The notes below the pieces were generated by a model that was not told where the DNA came from, searched no databases, and saw only the letters and a list, made by a program, of their open reading frames with translations. This document shows, in pieces, positions 9,405 through 19,906 of a stretch of DNA of 64,000 nt. Position numbers and translations under genes: made by a program. The stretch covers positions 1 through 64,000 of the IMG/VR virus record IMGVR_UViG_3300042540_001399; one strand, 5' to 3'. How positions within the stretch are numbered: position 1 is the first letter of the stretch; each line of letters begins with the position of its first letter.

Positions 9405-12323
9405 TTATTTTCTATTATCAAAATAAAATATTACTTCACAATACCACTCTAAAAAATGATCATTAAATAAATCCCATTTAATATCAACACCATCAACAGA
9501 ATAAACTTCATAATTATCAAAGTTAGAAAGAACATTATCCCTAAACCATTTAAATTTACATTTATTAAAATGTTCGTCATCTCTTAAATGAAATTCGGTT
9601 ACAATCTTAGGAATTGTTTTTAAAAATTCTACGTTGCTTGGTTGAAAAACATCGTATTCCCCACCTTCACAATCACATTTTAAAAAATCAATTTTGTTAA
9701 TATTTTCATTTTCTAAAAATTCTTTAAAACTAAATGTAGGAACACTTTCAGTTATTCCATCCCAACTGATTTCAATTTTCTTTTTATCAGTAATTGCTCC
9801 CTGTATAATTTTTACATTATCTTCACCAACATTTTTATGAAGAACTTCAATCTGATATGATAATGGTTCAACTACATAACATTGTTTTGGATTTTTAGGT
9901 AATATTTTATATGTAAATGGACCTAAAGATGCGCCCAAATCTACAACAATATCTCCTTCTTCAACTTCAAAGAATCTTTCATATGTATTATTTTCAAATA
10001 TTTCTTTAGTTGCTTGATTAACATACCAATCACTTTTTTTACCCCAATCGAATGAAGTTTCTTCATTTTTTTCAATCATTAATTCTTTATTTATTATTTT
10101 GTTTATTTCCAAAATGACCATTTCTGAAGTAATTTCTTTCGTACACTCAAACATCCTATCTGTGTTTTTATGTAATGGACACCAATTCCAATCACCAGCA
10201 TCCAATCTTTCCGAATTGAAACATCCGTGACAAACATTTTCATTTATGACTCTGTATGTATTTAAAGTTGTTTCCGCCCATCTTTCACTAAAACCCGATA
10301 TTAAAACAATAGGTAATTCACAAGCCCAAGCCAACCAACTAAGACCTGAACCGAGACCAATAAAAAATTCACATGTTGATAAATCATCAACTACTTCTTG
10401 TAGATTTCCCCCTTTAAATAATTTTACACCTTCAGGATAGTTGTTATTCATGTATCCGTTACCTTCCTTTGAATATATGACACATTCATAACCAAGGGAT
10501 AAAAGGTAGTTCACAACTTCTTGCCATCCATTTGTGTTGTTCCAATATTTTGCCTGAGCAGTTGAATGAAAACCAATACCAACTTTTTTTTCTTTTTTTA
10601 TTTTAGGTAATTTTAATTTTGGTCTTATTTCATTGTATTGTAAACCTAATATATCTGAAGCCGTTTTTTGTAATGGTTGTTTTTTTACATCGACTTTGTG
10701 GATATTTGAATTGATAGTCCCATCTTCATTGTAAAACCAACCTAATCTATATTGTGCGTATATGTTTTGAACAATAACACCCGGTTCGACAAATTCAATT
10801 TCTGTATATTGTTCTTTGAACAAATAGTTCATGAAGGTAGAAACGATTAGTTTACATTTGTGTTTGATTCTAAATTCTTCACAATATGGTAACCATGCTA
10901 AGGTATCCCCTAAAGATTTTGAACCGAATGATATGTAGACTCTTTTATTTTCCAAGTTAAGTAAATTACTATAAATTAGTTGTCCATTTTCTTTTACTTC
11001 GGTTTTCCAAGGTACATAATATTCCGTATTGAGTCTTACCCAATGGTTGATTGGTAATTCGTTTGAATAAATTAAATTATTTTCATCATATATTTTTATA
11101 TCAAGTTTGTTTTCAGTACTACCCAATATTTCCAAAAAAGGATTAACAACAAAATGTTGATTAAACGTGTAATCATTTTTGTGTTTTTGGTTTTGTACTT
11201 TGTCATTTTCTAAAACTCTTTTATAAAATGAATATAATTGTTCCCCAAAATCTTGTTGGGTTTCTATTTCATATGAAGATTCTTTTTCAATTAAACTTAA
11301 TAATTGTTCTGATATTTTTTTATAATCATCATTTTCAATACTTGTGATGTATCTGTCGAACATCCCCATGTACTGAGGTAGGTTTCTGGTCAATATTTTC
11401 ATTCCGTAGTTGATTGCTTCTCTTACAACCAAAGGATTACATTCCCATGTTGAATTGAACATCAAAACATCACATGACTCCATGAATTTATCAACGTCAT
11501 TTCTTTCACCCCATACCGTAACATTTGAAGGTAAGTTTTCCATTATTGGTTTCCAATAAGATTCAAAATTGGGGGCTTGGTTTCCTATGAAGTGAAAATG
11601 TAAATCGGGATTAGTATGTTCCAATAATTTTGCAACTTCGATACCTTCTTTTTGATTTTTTCCTTCGGTCCAAAGACCAACATTAAGAATGTGTGTTTTC
11701 ATTGGGTCCAACCCAAGATTTTCTCTTTCTGTTATTTTTTTCAAAAGAGGTATTTTATGATGTTCATAATAGATTTGTAATTCTTCTAAAATAGGTTTGA
11801 CTTTGTTTTCATATGGGTACAAATGAAGTTCTTTAAGTGATCTTTCAGATTCAAAAGTGGTAAAATGAAAAGGACTAACGAATGAATATGCGTCAGGATG
11901 AAATTTTTTATTATTTGGGTTAAACCAAACATTGTGACACGTTTCAACAATATTCCAAGATCGTTGATTATCATAAAGTTCGTTCAAAATGTCCAATGTA
12001 ATTTTATTAAAACTTTCAAAGGCTTCGGGTATTTCTTCTGAATGAATGATATCTATTTTTAAATCCTTAATTATTTTTAAAAGTTCTTTTTTTCTACTTG
12101 ATTCTGTTGTTGATCCCAAAGTAAAAAAATGACCTACATCTAATAAATCAATGATTTTGTTTCTTTGTACGATATATGTGTCACTAAATTGAGAATATTC
12201 TACTAAAAAAATATCAAGTTTATCTTTGTATTTCAGAAGTGATTCAATTCTTTTTAGGACAAACTGTGGCATACCACCAGTTGATAAATGTGGCGTTAGA
12301 TATAGTATTTTAATTTTTTGCAT
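9405..12323 (-). CDS. Three-domain enzyme: GT4-type glycosyltransferase + TibC/Aah-like protein O-heptosyltransferase + FkbM-family methyltransferase
   Basis: N-term HLSTGG and E-CNPLVVR-E (GT4 EX7E); middle SKSLGDTLAWLPY, FFIGLGSGLSWLAW and CHGC...WCP...FECT iron-finger as in TibC/Aah; C-term VVDLGASLG, VEP, IDFLKCDCEGGE (FkbM). Confidence 0.8.
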   Translation of the reverse strand: MQKIKILYLTPHLSTGGMPQFVLKRIESLLKYKDKLDIFLVEYSQFSDTYIVQRNKIIDLLDVGHFFTLGSTTESSRKKELLKIIKDLKIDIIHSEEIPEAFESFNKITLDILNELYDNQRSWNIVETCHNVWFNPNNKKFHPDAYSFVSPFHFTTFESERSLKELHLYPYENKVKPILEELQIYYEHHKIPLLKKITERENLGLDPMKTHILNVGLWTEGKNQKEGIEVAKLLEHTNPDLHFHFIGNQAPNFESYWKPIMENLPSNVTVWGERNDVDKFMESCDVLMFNSTWECNPLVVREAINYGMKILTRNLPQYMGMFDRYITSIENDDYKKISEQLLSLIEKESSYEIETQQDFGEQLYSFYKRVLENDKVQNQKHKNDYTFNQHFVVNPFLEILGSTENKLDIKIYDENNLIYSNELPINHWVRLNTEYYVPWKTEVKENGQLIYSNLLNLENKRVYISFGSKSLGDTLAWLPYCEEFRIKHKCKLIVSTFMNYLFKEQYTEIEFVEPGVIVQNIYAQYRLGWFYNEDGTINSNIHKVDVKKQPLQKTASDILGLQYNEIRPKLKLPKIKKEKKVGIGFHSTAQAKYWNNTNGWQEVVNYLLSLGYECVIYSKEGNGYMNNNYPEGVKLFKGGNLQEVVDDLSTCEFFIGLGSGLSWLAWACELPIVLISGFSERWAETTLNTYRVINENVCHGCFNSERLDAGDWNWCPLHKNTDRMFECTKEITSEMVILEINKIINKELMIEKNEETSFDWGKKSDWYVNQATKEIFENNTYERFFEVEEGDIVVDLGASLGPFTYKILPKNPKQCYVVEPLSYQIEVLHKNVGEDNVKIIQGAITDKKKIEISWDGITESVPTFSFKEFLENENINKIDFLKCDCEGGEYDVFQPSNVEFLKTIPKIVTEFHLRDDEHFNKCKFKWFRDNVLSNFDNYEVYSVDGVDIKWDLFNDHFLEWYCEVIFYFDNRK

Positions 12324-12379
12324 AAATAAAAAATAAGTTTAGACTTAATAAATTAAAGTATTTATTTAATAAACAATAA

Positions 12380-13381
12380 ATGCCAAACTCAGTTAAATAT
12401 TCAACAACAGGGGATACTCGATCAATAAAAAAAGGAAATTTGTATTTTGGTGTTGGTGACGTTCCAAAAGGACCAAGTACCAACACATCTTATTTTAATG
12501 GTATTACACCTGTTACTGGTGGTTATACTGTATATAGGTACGAGCCAACACAAAGTAGTAAACTTGCTTTTTATACTAATCAAACAGGAACTGATCTTGT
12601 AAATTATACAAATAATTTTTTAGGACAAAACTTTTCAACATCAACACAATGTGTGAATTGGTTCAACACACAAACGAATTATGTTTGTGTAAATAAAGAC
12701 TATGACCCAATAATTACTTCAGGACTGACTCTATGTTTAGACGCGTCTTTCACCCCATCATATTCTACTTCTGGAAATTCTTGGTATGATTTATCATATA
12801 ATTCATTTACAACAACTTTAGTTAATGGACCAACATTTGATTCGGGAAATGGCGGATCAATACAGTTTGATGGAACCGACGATCAATGTGTAGTTACGTC
12901 AAATGGGTTTGGTACGTTCAATAATCAGAAATATACAATCGAGGCTTGGGTTAATTTTGCAAGTAATAGTGGGGATATTCCAATTTTTAGTTATGATTAT
13001 TCAAGTTTTAACAACCCATATTATTCTGCTCACCTTAGAAACACGGGTACGGGACAAATATTTTTAGGTTGGAACATGTCGGGATTTTATTACAATATAC
13101 AAACTACATCGACTGTGATTTTTCCCAATACTTGGTATTATGTTGTTGGTATTGTTGAAAGTGGAAGACAACAAATTTATGTTAATAGTAACTTGTGGGC
13201 TAGTGGGACTATATCAGGAACAATAACATTTTATAACACTCCTGTTTATGTTGGGTATTTTCCAAATGCACCTTTAGTCATGAATGGAAAAATTGCCGTG
13301 GTTAGAGTTTATAATAGAGCATTTTCTTCTTCAGAAGTAAGTCAAAATTGGAATGCACAAAAAACAAGATTCGGATATTAA
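12380..13381 (+). CDS. LamG/concanavalin A-like lectin domain virion protein
   Basis: LCLDAS..SY..SGNSWYDLS, FDGTDD, YTIEAWV, WYYVVG, GKIAVVRVYNRA, NWNAQKTRFG pattern of phage LamG proteins. Confidence 0.75.
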   Translation: MPNSVKYSTTGDTRSIKKGNLYFGVGDVPKGPSTNTSYFNGITPVTGGYTVYRYEPTQSSKLAFYTNQTGTDLVNYTNNFLGQNFSTSTQCVNWFNTQTNYVCVNKDYDPIITSGLTLCLDASFTPSYSTSGNSWYDLSYNSFTTTLVNGPTFDSGNGGSIQFDGTDDQCVVTSNGFGTFNNQKYTIEAWVNFASNSGDIPIFSYDYSSFNNPYYSAHLRNTGTGQIFLGWNMSGFYYNIQTTSTVIFPNTWYYVVGIVESGRQQIYVNSNLWASGTISGTITFYNTPVYVGYFPNAPLVMNGKIAVVRVYNRAFSSSEVSQNWNAQKTRFGY

Positions 13382-13422
13382 GGAATTAAATTTTGAAACA
13401 TAATATTTATTTAAAAAAAGTT

Positions 13423-14415
13423 ATGTCAACATCTAGACCTTTTTCATATAATACTGGCTCAACAATAAATGGTACAATACAAGTTGGAAGTTTGGCGGTA
13501 GGATTCCCAACCGTAGGATTTGATTCTACTGGTTTAGAATGGTGGAATGGTCCTGATGAAGATTTAGGTTATGTTATTGCACAACCCGTACCAAATGATA
13601 GTCAACCAACACCTGTGCTTGGACAAACCGCTTCTGTTGGTTTTTTTAGAACCAACGGTTTTGATGATAATGAATTTTTAGACATAACAAATATTTTGTT
13701 AGGAACAAATTATATAGATCCATTTTTAGCATCCTCTGCACTTACAGTAAATGGATTTTGGAATTCTTATCCTAATCCAGTTTTATATTTAGACGCTGGT
13801 GACCCTGCTAGTTATTCAGGAAGTGGTTCCGTTTGGATTGATACAATAGGAGGTAAAACTTTCAACTTAGTTAATGGACCATCTTACGGTCCTGGTTTTG
13901 GTGGAATTCTTAACTTCAACGCGTCAAGTGGTCAATACGCCCAATGTAACACGAGTTTACCAAATTTGAGTAATTGGACGGTTTCTGTTTGGAATTATTA
14001 TGATGGTACAAACGTCGGAGGAGCACCTTGTATTGTTACTGAAATTTATCCGGGTACTACAAGCAACATAAATTATTCAATTGGTGTGAATAATAGTGGA
14101 TTTAACGCCGGGTTTTTCAATGGGGCTTGGAGAGAAAGTGGAACCTATTCATTAAGTCCAAATAATTGGTATTTTATTGTTGGCACATATGATGGTAACA
14201 CATTGAAACTATATATTAATAATACTTTAGTTGGTACAGGAAATTACACTGGTACTCCTATATCATCTCAAGGAGGAATAAGGTTGATGAGAAGATGGGA
14301 TCTTCCCGATTATTGGGGCGGACTGTTAGGTACTGTTGGTATATATGACTTTGCACTCAATTCAGGACAAATATCTGCAATATGGAATACAACTAAATCA
14401 AGGTTTGGTTTGTAA
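13423..14415 (+). CDS. LamG/concanavalin A-like lectin domain virion protein
   Basis: LYLDAGDPASYSGSGSVW, WYFIVGTYDG..LKLYIN, IYDFALNS..WNTTKSRFGL. ATG 13423 after the TATTTAT motif is preferred to the track start at 13393. Confidence 0.75.
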   Translation: MSTSRPFSYNTGSTINGTIQVGSLAVGFPTVGFDSTGLEWWNGPDEDLGYVIAQPVPNDSQPTPVLGQTASVGFFRTNGFDDNEFLDITNILLGTNYIDPFLASSALTVNGFWNSYPNPVLYLDAGDPASYSGSGSVWIDTIGGKTFNLVNGPSYGPGFGGILNFNASSGQYAQCNTSLPNLSNWTVSVWNYYDGTNVGGAPCIVTEIYPGTTSNINYSIGVNNSGFNAGFFNGAWRESGTYSLSPNNWYFIVGTYDGNTLKLYINNTLVGTGNYTGTPISSQGGIRLMRRWDLPDYWGGLLGTVGIYDFALNSGQISAIWNTTKSRFGL

Positions 14416-14468
14416 AATCAAATATAAAATTTCTACATTTTATATTTCTTTAAGTTATATTTTAATTA

Positions 14469-15401
14469 ATGAAAGAAATTTGTATTGATGTTACAGGTTG
14501 TCGTGCTTTGGGCGACACTTTATGTGCAACACCTGTGGTTAAAAAAATAAGTAATACTTATAATAAAAAAGTTTCGGTAGTTTCTCACCACCCAAAATTA
14601 TTTACTAACTTATCATACGTTGAAAACAGTTTTGAATACAACCCAAAATTGTTTGATGATTTGAAAAAAGATTACGATATCTTTCCAACTTTTGATGTGT
14701 CATACAAAGACAATGGAATTTGTAACAAGCACAACTCTATGGATATAAGACAACTACACGCAATAAACTTAGGATTTATGTTGACTAAAGAAGAATCTTC
14801 TTTGGATTATGTACCAGATGCTTGTATCTTACCCATTTTACCAAAAAAATACGTTTTAATCCACCCCGTTCAAAATTGGAATTCAAGGACATGGCCGGCC
14901 AAAAATTGGCAAATATTAACAAAACTTTTAAATGAAAAAGGAATTTACGTTGTATCTGTTGGAAAAGATTCTTCTGAATTAGGTGGGTCTAATGTAGATA
15001 AACCCGTTTTCAATTTTGAAATAGAACTTGGATTAAATCTTATGAACAAAACAACTTTGGATGAAACATGGTATCTGTTAAATGGTTGTTCTTGTTTTGT
15101 AACTATGGACTCTGGACTATTACATTTAGCCGGTACAACAGATTGTGAAATACTACAACTTGGTAGCTCAATAGATCCTGAATTCAGAGCACCATATAGA
15201 CATGGTTCACAAGAATATAAGTATCATTATGTTAGAGGGGGTTGTGGTTTACATTGTGCTTCTGATATGAAGTATGGCGTTAGAGAATGGGGATCGATAC
15301 AAGGAATACCATCTTTAGTTAATTGTTTAGAAAGAAAAAAAACTTTTGAGTGTCATCCTTCTGTTTTACAGATTTATCAAAAAATCTTAGAAATAATATA
15401 A
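14469..15401 (+). CDS. GT9 (heptosyltransferase-like) glycosyltransferase
   Basis: ALGDTLCATP, YVLIHP...SRTWP..NW, FVTMDSGLLHLAG; C-terminal four-Cys cluster. Confidence 0.8.
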   Translation: MKEICIDVTGCRALGDTLCATPVVKKISNTYNKKVSVVSHHPKLFTNLSYVENSFEYNPKLFDDLKKDYDIFPTFDVSYKDNGICNKHNSMDIRQLHAINLGFMLTKEESSLDYVPDACILPILPKKYVLIHPVQNWNSRTWPAKNWQILTKLLNEKGIYVVSVGKDSSELGGSNVDKPVFNFEIELGLNLMNKTTLDETWYLLNGCSCFVTMDSGLLHLAGTTDCEILQLGSSIDPEFRAPYRHGSQEYKYHYVRGGCGLHCASDMKYGVREWGSIQGIPSLVNCLERKKTFECHPSVLQIYQKILEII

Positions 15402-15429
15402 GTTTGTATTTATTAAAAAAAACCAAACA

Positions 15430-15900
15430 GTGTCACAACAAATAACAATTACAGGAATAACAGGCACCCCACCATATGATATATATGTTTGTGATATAAC
15501 AAACACAATCTGTGTTTTTGTAACCGGATTAACTAGTTGTCCACCAACGTATAGTTTTTACGTCCCATCACCCTTAAATAATTCATCGTCTATTATTTTA
15601 AAGATAATTGATTCTGATGCTTGTGAAACCTTTCAACTTTTCAATTGTTTTACACCAACACCTACTCCAACACCTACCCCCACACCAAGTCCTTTACCCA
15701 CTTCTTGTAACTGTATTTCAGTAAGGTCAAACACAATGGATGGTGGAACATTTGATTTTATAGATTGTTTTGGAAATCTTAACACATTTGTCCCAGTACC
15801 TTTTGGTAGTACGTTGTATTTTTGTGGTTCGAACCCGTCCAATTTTAACAACGTAAATCTTACTGTTGGTTTACCATGTGTGCTTAATGTTTGTCCATAA
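15430..15900 (+). CDS. Small Cys-rich putative virion protein with a (PT)n linker
   Basis: Two beta-rich Cys-containing domains joined by TPTPTPTPTPTPSP; TATTTAT motif upstream. Confidence 0.55.
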   Translation: MSQQITITGITGTPPYDIYVCDITNTICVFVTGLTSCPPTYSFYVPSPLNNSSSIILKIIDSDACETFQLFNCFTPTPTPTPTPTPSPLPTSCNCISVRSNTMDGGTFDFIDCFGNLNTFVPVPFGSTLYFCGSNPSNFNNVNLTVGLPCVLNVCP

Positions 15901-15948
15901 AATTATTTATTTTGAATTTAAAAACCGTATTTTTATTCAAAAAACTAA

Positions 15949-17196
15949 ATGAAAATTTTTATACAAATTGCATCCTACAGAGATCCACAGTTATTACCCA
16001 CAATTAAAAACTGTATTGAAAATTCAAAACACCCCGAAAATTTAATTTTTTCAATTGCAAGACAATATCACATAGAAGATGGGTTTGATGATTTATCTGA
16101 ATTTGAAAACGACAATAGATTCAAAGTGATCAACATACCCTACACAGAATCCAAAGGGGTTTGTTGGGCAAGAAACATGACACAACAACAATACAATAAT
16201 GAAGAATATACCCTTCAAATTGACTCACACATGAGATTTGAAAAAAATTGGGATGAAACATTAATAGGTATGATTAAAGACTTACAGAAAAAAGGATTTA
16301 AAAAACCTTTACTAACAAGTTATGTTTCTTCATTCGATCCTGAAAACGATCCAACAGGAAGGGTAAATGAACCTTGGAGAATGGCTTTCGATAGATTCAC
16401 ACCCGAAGGTTGTGTTTTTTTCTTACCTGAAGTAATTCCTAATTGGAAAGAACTTGATGGTCCTGTACCATCAAGATTTTATTCCGCACATTTTTGTTTT
16501 ACCTTGGGTCAATTTTCTAAAGAAGTTCAGCACGATCCTGAATATTATTTTCATGGAGAAGAAATATCAATCGCCGTAAGAGCATTTACTCATGGATATG
16601 ATTTGTTTCACCCACACCGTGTGGTCATTTGGCATGAATACACAAGAAAGGGTAGAACAAAACAATGGGATGATGATAAAGAATGGTTTTTGAAAAATGA
16701 CTTTTCACACTCTAAAAACAGAAAACTATTAGGTGTTGACGGTGAAGAACTTGGGAATTTGTCAGACTCTTATGGATTTGGAAAACAAAGAACATTAAGA
16801 GATTATGAAAAATATTCAGGAATATTGTTTTCAAAAAGGGCGGTTCAAAAATATACTTTAGACAAAAATTACCCACCAAACCCAAACAATTTTTCTTCTG
16901 AAGAAGAATGGGAAAAAAGTTTCTCAATGATTTTCAAACACTGTATTGATGTATCATTTAATGACGTACCTGAAAATGATTATGAGTTTTGGGTTGTTGC
17001 CTTTCATAATGAAAAAGATGAAACATTATTTAGACATGATGCTGATGTAAAAGAAATAATTCAAATGAAAAAAGATCCTGATGGTTATTGTAAAGTATGG
17101 AGAGAATTTGATACAACTGAAAAACCCAAGTATTGGGTTGTTTGGCCCTATTCTAAATCCAAGGGATGGTGTAACAGATTAACAGGTAATTTATAA
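15949..17196 (+). CDS. GT60-family polypeptide alpha-GlcNAc transferase (Skp1 Gnt1-like)
   Basis: IFIQIASYRD, SKGVCWAR, LQIDSHMRF..NWD, FHGEEISIAVRAFTHGYDLFHP, WHEY motifs. Confidence 0.8.
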   Translation: MKIFIQIASYRDPQLLPTIKNCIENSKHPENLIFSIARQYHIEDGFDDLSEFENDNRFKVINIPYTESKGVCWARNMTQQQYNNEEYTLQIDSHMRFEKNWDETLIGMIKDLQKKGFKKPLLTSYVSSFDPENDPTGRVNEPWRMAFDRFTPEGCVFFLPEVIPNWKELDGPVPSRFYSAHFCFTLGQFSKEVQHDPEYYFHGEEISIAVRAFTHGYDLFHPHRVVIWHEYTRKGRTKQWDDDKEWFLKNDFSHSKNRKLLGVDGEELGNLSDSYGFGKQRTLRDYEKYSGILFSKRAVQKYTLDKNYPPNPNNFSSEEEWEKSFSMIFKHCIDVSFNDVPENDYEFWVVAFHNEKDETLFRHDADVKEIIQMKKDPDGYCKVWREFDTTEKPKYWVVWPYSKSKGWCNRLTGNL

Positions 17197-18200
17197 TGAT
17201 GGAACTTAACATTAGGCACGAATTTAGGGATCTCAGACTTGGTAACAATGAATTTTACGTTACAAGTTTTTTTAAAAAATTTTATGAAAGTTTAAAAACA
17301 AAATATCCTGAAATAAATTTTAGTATAAAAAATGAAACTTCTTTTGGGAAGTATGGTCAGGGGGGAATTTATAGCTGCATGAATTTTTCTATAGTGAACC
17401 CTATCAACAAAAAGTATGTCTTGATTTCTTTTTTTGATAATTGGAAATATCATTTCATGTCTCATTTAGGTTGGGAGGCTAATAAAATGGTTCAATTTTT
17501 TTATCCCGGCGGATTCAATTTTTATGATTATTTTACCTTTAAGGACACTTCAAAAAATAATTCTGACTTACAGTTTCCAAAAAACATGGACGATATTTTT
17601 ACCCCTTTTTATTATGGACCTTACTTTGATTGTTGTTATGAAGAAATTAATAACATATACAAACAAAATTTAAACAAGGAAAAAATCAATAAATTGTATT
17701 TCAGGGGTTGGATGTGGGATTTCAGAAAAGAAATGGTAAGTAAAATAAATCAAGAAGACATATTAATAATTGATAAAAATAAAAATAATCAGACTTTAAA
17801 TTACTTAGAATTTTTAGAAGATAGTTCCAAATATTCTGCGGTATTGAGTTTACCAGGTGGTAATGAAATGTGTAATAGAGATATAGAATGTTTTGGAATT
17901 GGAGTACCTGTAATAAGACCAGCAGTAAACGTAAAATACAAAGATCCTCTGATACCTAACTATCATTATATTAGTTGTTATGATTTTTGTGATTATTCAA
18001 TTGACGGAAATCCAAAATATATTTCCAACGAAGATTTTCAAAAAAATTTAATAAAAAAATGGAACTCAGTAAAAAATAATAAAGAATATTTAGATTTCGT
18101 TTCAAAAAATGCAAGATCTTGGTTTGAAAAAAATTGTAGGGTGGATAAAAATATAACGTGCGTTTTGGAACAATTAAACTTAGAAAAACTTTTTGAATAA
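17196..18200 (+). CDS. Putative GT-B glycosyltransferase (GT90/GT47-like C-terminal half)
   Basis: KLYFRG, LSLPGG...RDIE..GIGVPVIRP, LIPNYHYI, NARSWFEK; translationally coupled to its GT neighbours. Confidence 0.55.
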   Translation: MMELNIRHEFRDLRLGNNEFYVTSFFKKFYESLKTKYPEINFSIKNETSFGKYGQGGIYSCMNFSIVNPINKKYVLISFFDNWKYHFMSHLGWEANKMVQFFYPGGFNFYDYFTFKDTSKNNSDLQFPKNMDDIFTPFYYGPYFDCCYEEINNIYKQNLNKEKINKLYFRGWMWDFRKEMVSKINQEDILIIDKNKNNQTLNYLEFLEDSSKYSAVLSLPGGNEMCNRDIECFGIGVPVIRPAVNVKYKDPLIPNYHYISCYDFCDYSIDGNPKYISNEDFQKNLIKKWNSVKNNKEYLDFVSKNARSWFEKNCRVDKNITCVLEQLNLEKLFE

Positions 18201-19879
18201 TGATAACTTTAGTAACTGGATTGTGGGATATAGGTAGAGGTGACCTTAAAGAAGGGTGGTCAAGAAATTTTGATTTCTATTTAGAAAGATTTAGAGATAT
18301 TTTAAAAATAGATTGTAATCTTATTATTTTTGGTGATGAAGAATTACATAAGTTTGTATTATCAGAAAATAGGGACAAAACAAAAACAAAATTTATCACA
18401 AGAAACTTAGATTGGTTTAGAAACAACGAATATTTTGAAAAAATTCAAAACATAAGAAAAGACCCGAAATGGTTTAATCAAGTTGGGTGGTTAAAAGATT
18501 CGACCCAATCAACTTTAGAAATGTACAATCCTTTGGTCATGTCCAAAATGTTTTTATTACATGACGCGATGTTACTTGATCCATTCAATTCTGAAAAGTT
18601 ATATTGGATTGATGCGGGAATTACAAATACTGTAAATTTAGGTTATTTTACAAATGACGATGTTTTATCAAAAATTGACAAATTATTAAACAACTTTACT
18701 TTCTTAGCATTTCCTTATGAAACAGATACAGAAATACACGGATTTTCAATAAAAGGAATGACGGATTACATAGGAAAAAAACCAGATATGGTATGTAGGG
18801 GAGGATTTTTTGGTGGCCCAAAGCATTTAATTTCTGAAATGAATGTTAATTACTATCAAACATTAATTAGTACTCTTTCTGATGGATACATGGGAACAGA
18901 AGAAAGTATCTTTACTATTTTAACCTATAACTTACCTACCATAATAGATTTTTGTAAAATTGATTCTAATGGTTTAGTTTATAAATTTTTTGAAGACATA
19001 AAAAATAATCAAGTTGTTATAGAAAACACTTCGGTTACGAAGTTTGAAAAAAAACCAATATCATATTCTGGAGGCGTCGGATTATATGTTATAACATTTA
19101 ATTCACCAAAACAATTTGAAGTTTTGATTGAATCTATGTTAGAATACGATCCTTCGTTTTTAAGTAAAACTAAAAAGTTTTTATTGGATAATTCTACAGA
19201 TTTAACTACAAGTAAAGAATACAAAAATTTGTGTAGTTTATATGATTTTGAACATATCAAAAAAAATAATATAGGCATAACTGGTGGCAGACAATTTATC
19301 GCCGAACATTTTAACCAACAGGATGACTTGGATACTTATTATTTTTTTGAAGATGATATGGCTTTTTACAAAAAAGATTCCGGTGTTTGTAAAAATGGTT
19401 TTTCAAGATACATTAAACACATTTTTGATATTACTCAAGAAATAATAAAAAAAGAAAATTTTGATTTTTTAAAACTTAATTTTACCGAATTTTTTGGAAG
19501 TCATGATAAGCAGTGGGCTTGGTACAATGTACCTCAAACATTTAGGGAAAAACATTGGCCAAAAAACAAAAGTCTACCAAAACAAGGTTTGGACCCAAAT
19601 TCACCTAATTTAGAGTTCAAACATATAAAATCACATAGAGGTTTAGCATATGCATCAGGAGAAATTTATTTATCAAATTGGCCAATACTTATGACTAAAA
19701 ATGGTAATTATAATTGTTATCTGAAAACAAAATTTAAAAATCCTTATGAACAAACATTGATGAGCCATTGTTATCAAGAAACAATCAAAGGAAATATTTT
19801 TGGATCTGTTTTACTATTGACACCAACAGAACATAATAGATTTGACTTTTATGATTCTAAATTAAGAAAAGAATGTTGA
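18200..19879 (+). CDS. HtrL/YibB (WlaTC)-like glycosyltransferase fused to a GT2-like domain
   Basis: ITLVTGLWDIGR, YWIDAG, GGFFGG, GTEESIFT (HtrL); second half LYVITFN, LLDNS, NIGITGGRQ, FFEDD (GT-A). Confidence 0.7.
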   Translation: MITLVTGLWDIGRGDLKEGWSRNFDFYLERFRDILKIDCNLIIFGDEELHKFVLSENRDKTKTKFITRNLDWFRNNEYFEKIQNIRKDPKWFNQVGWLKDSTQSTLEMYNPLVMSKMFLLHDAMLLDPFNSEKLYWIDAGITNTVNLGYFTNDDVLSKIDKLLNNFTFLAFPYETDTEIHGFSIKGMTDYIGKKPDMVCRGGFFGGPKHLISEMNVNYYQTLISTLSDGYMGTEESIFTILTYNLPTIIDFCKIDSNGLVYKFFEDIKNNQVVIENTSVTKFEKKPISYSGGVGLYVITFNSPKQFEVLIESMLEYDPSFLSKTKKFLLDNSTDLTTSKEYKNLCSLYDFEHIKKNNIGITGGRQFIAEHFNQQDDLDTYYFFEDDMAFYKKDSGVCKNGFSRYIKHIFDITQEIIKKENFDFLKLNFTEFFGSHDKQWAWYNVPQTFREKHWPKNKSLPKQGLDPNSPNLEFKHIKSHRGLAYASGEIYLSNWPILMTKNGNYNCYLKTKFKNPYEQTLMSHCYQETIKGNIFGSVLLLTPTEHNRFDFYDSKLRKEC

Positions 19880-19906
19880 TTGATATATTTATAATAAAAA
19901 CAATTA

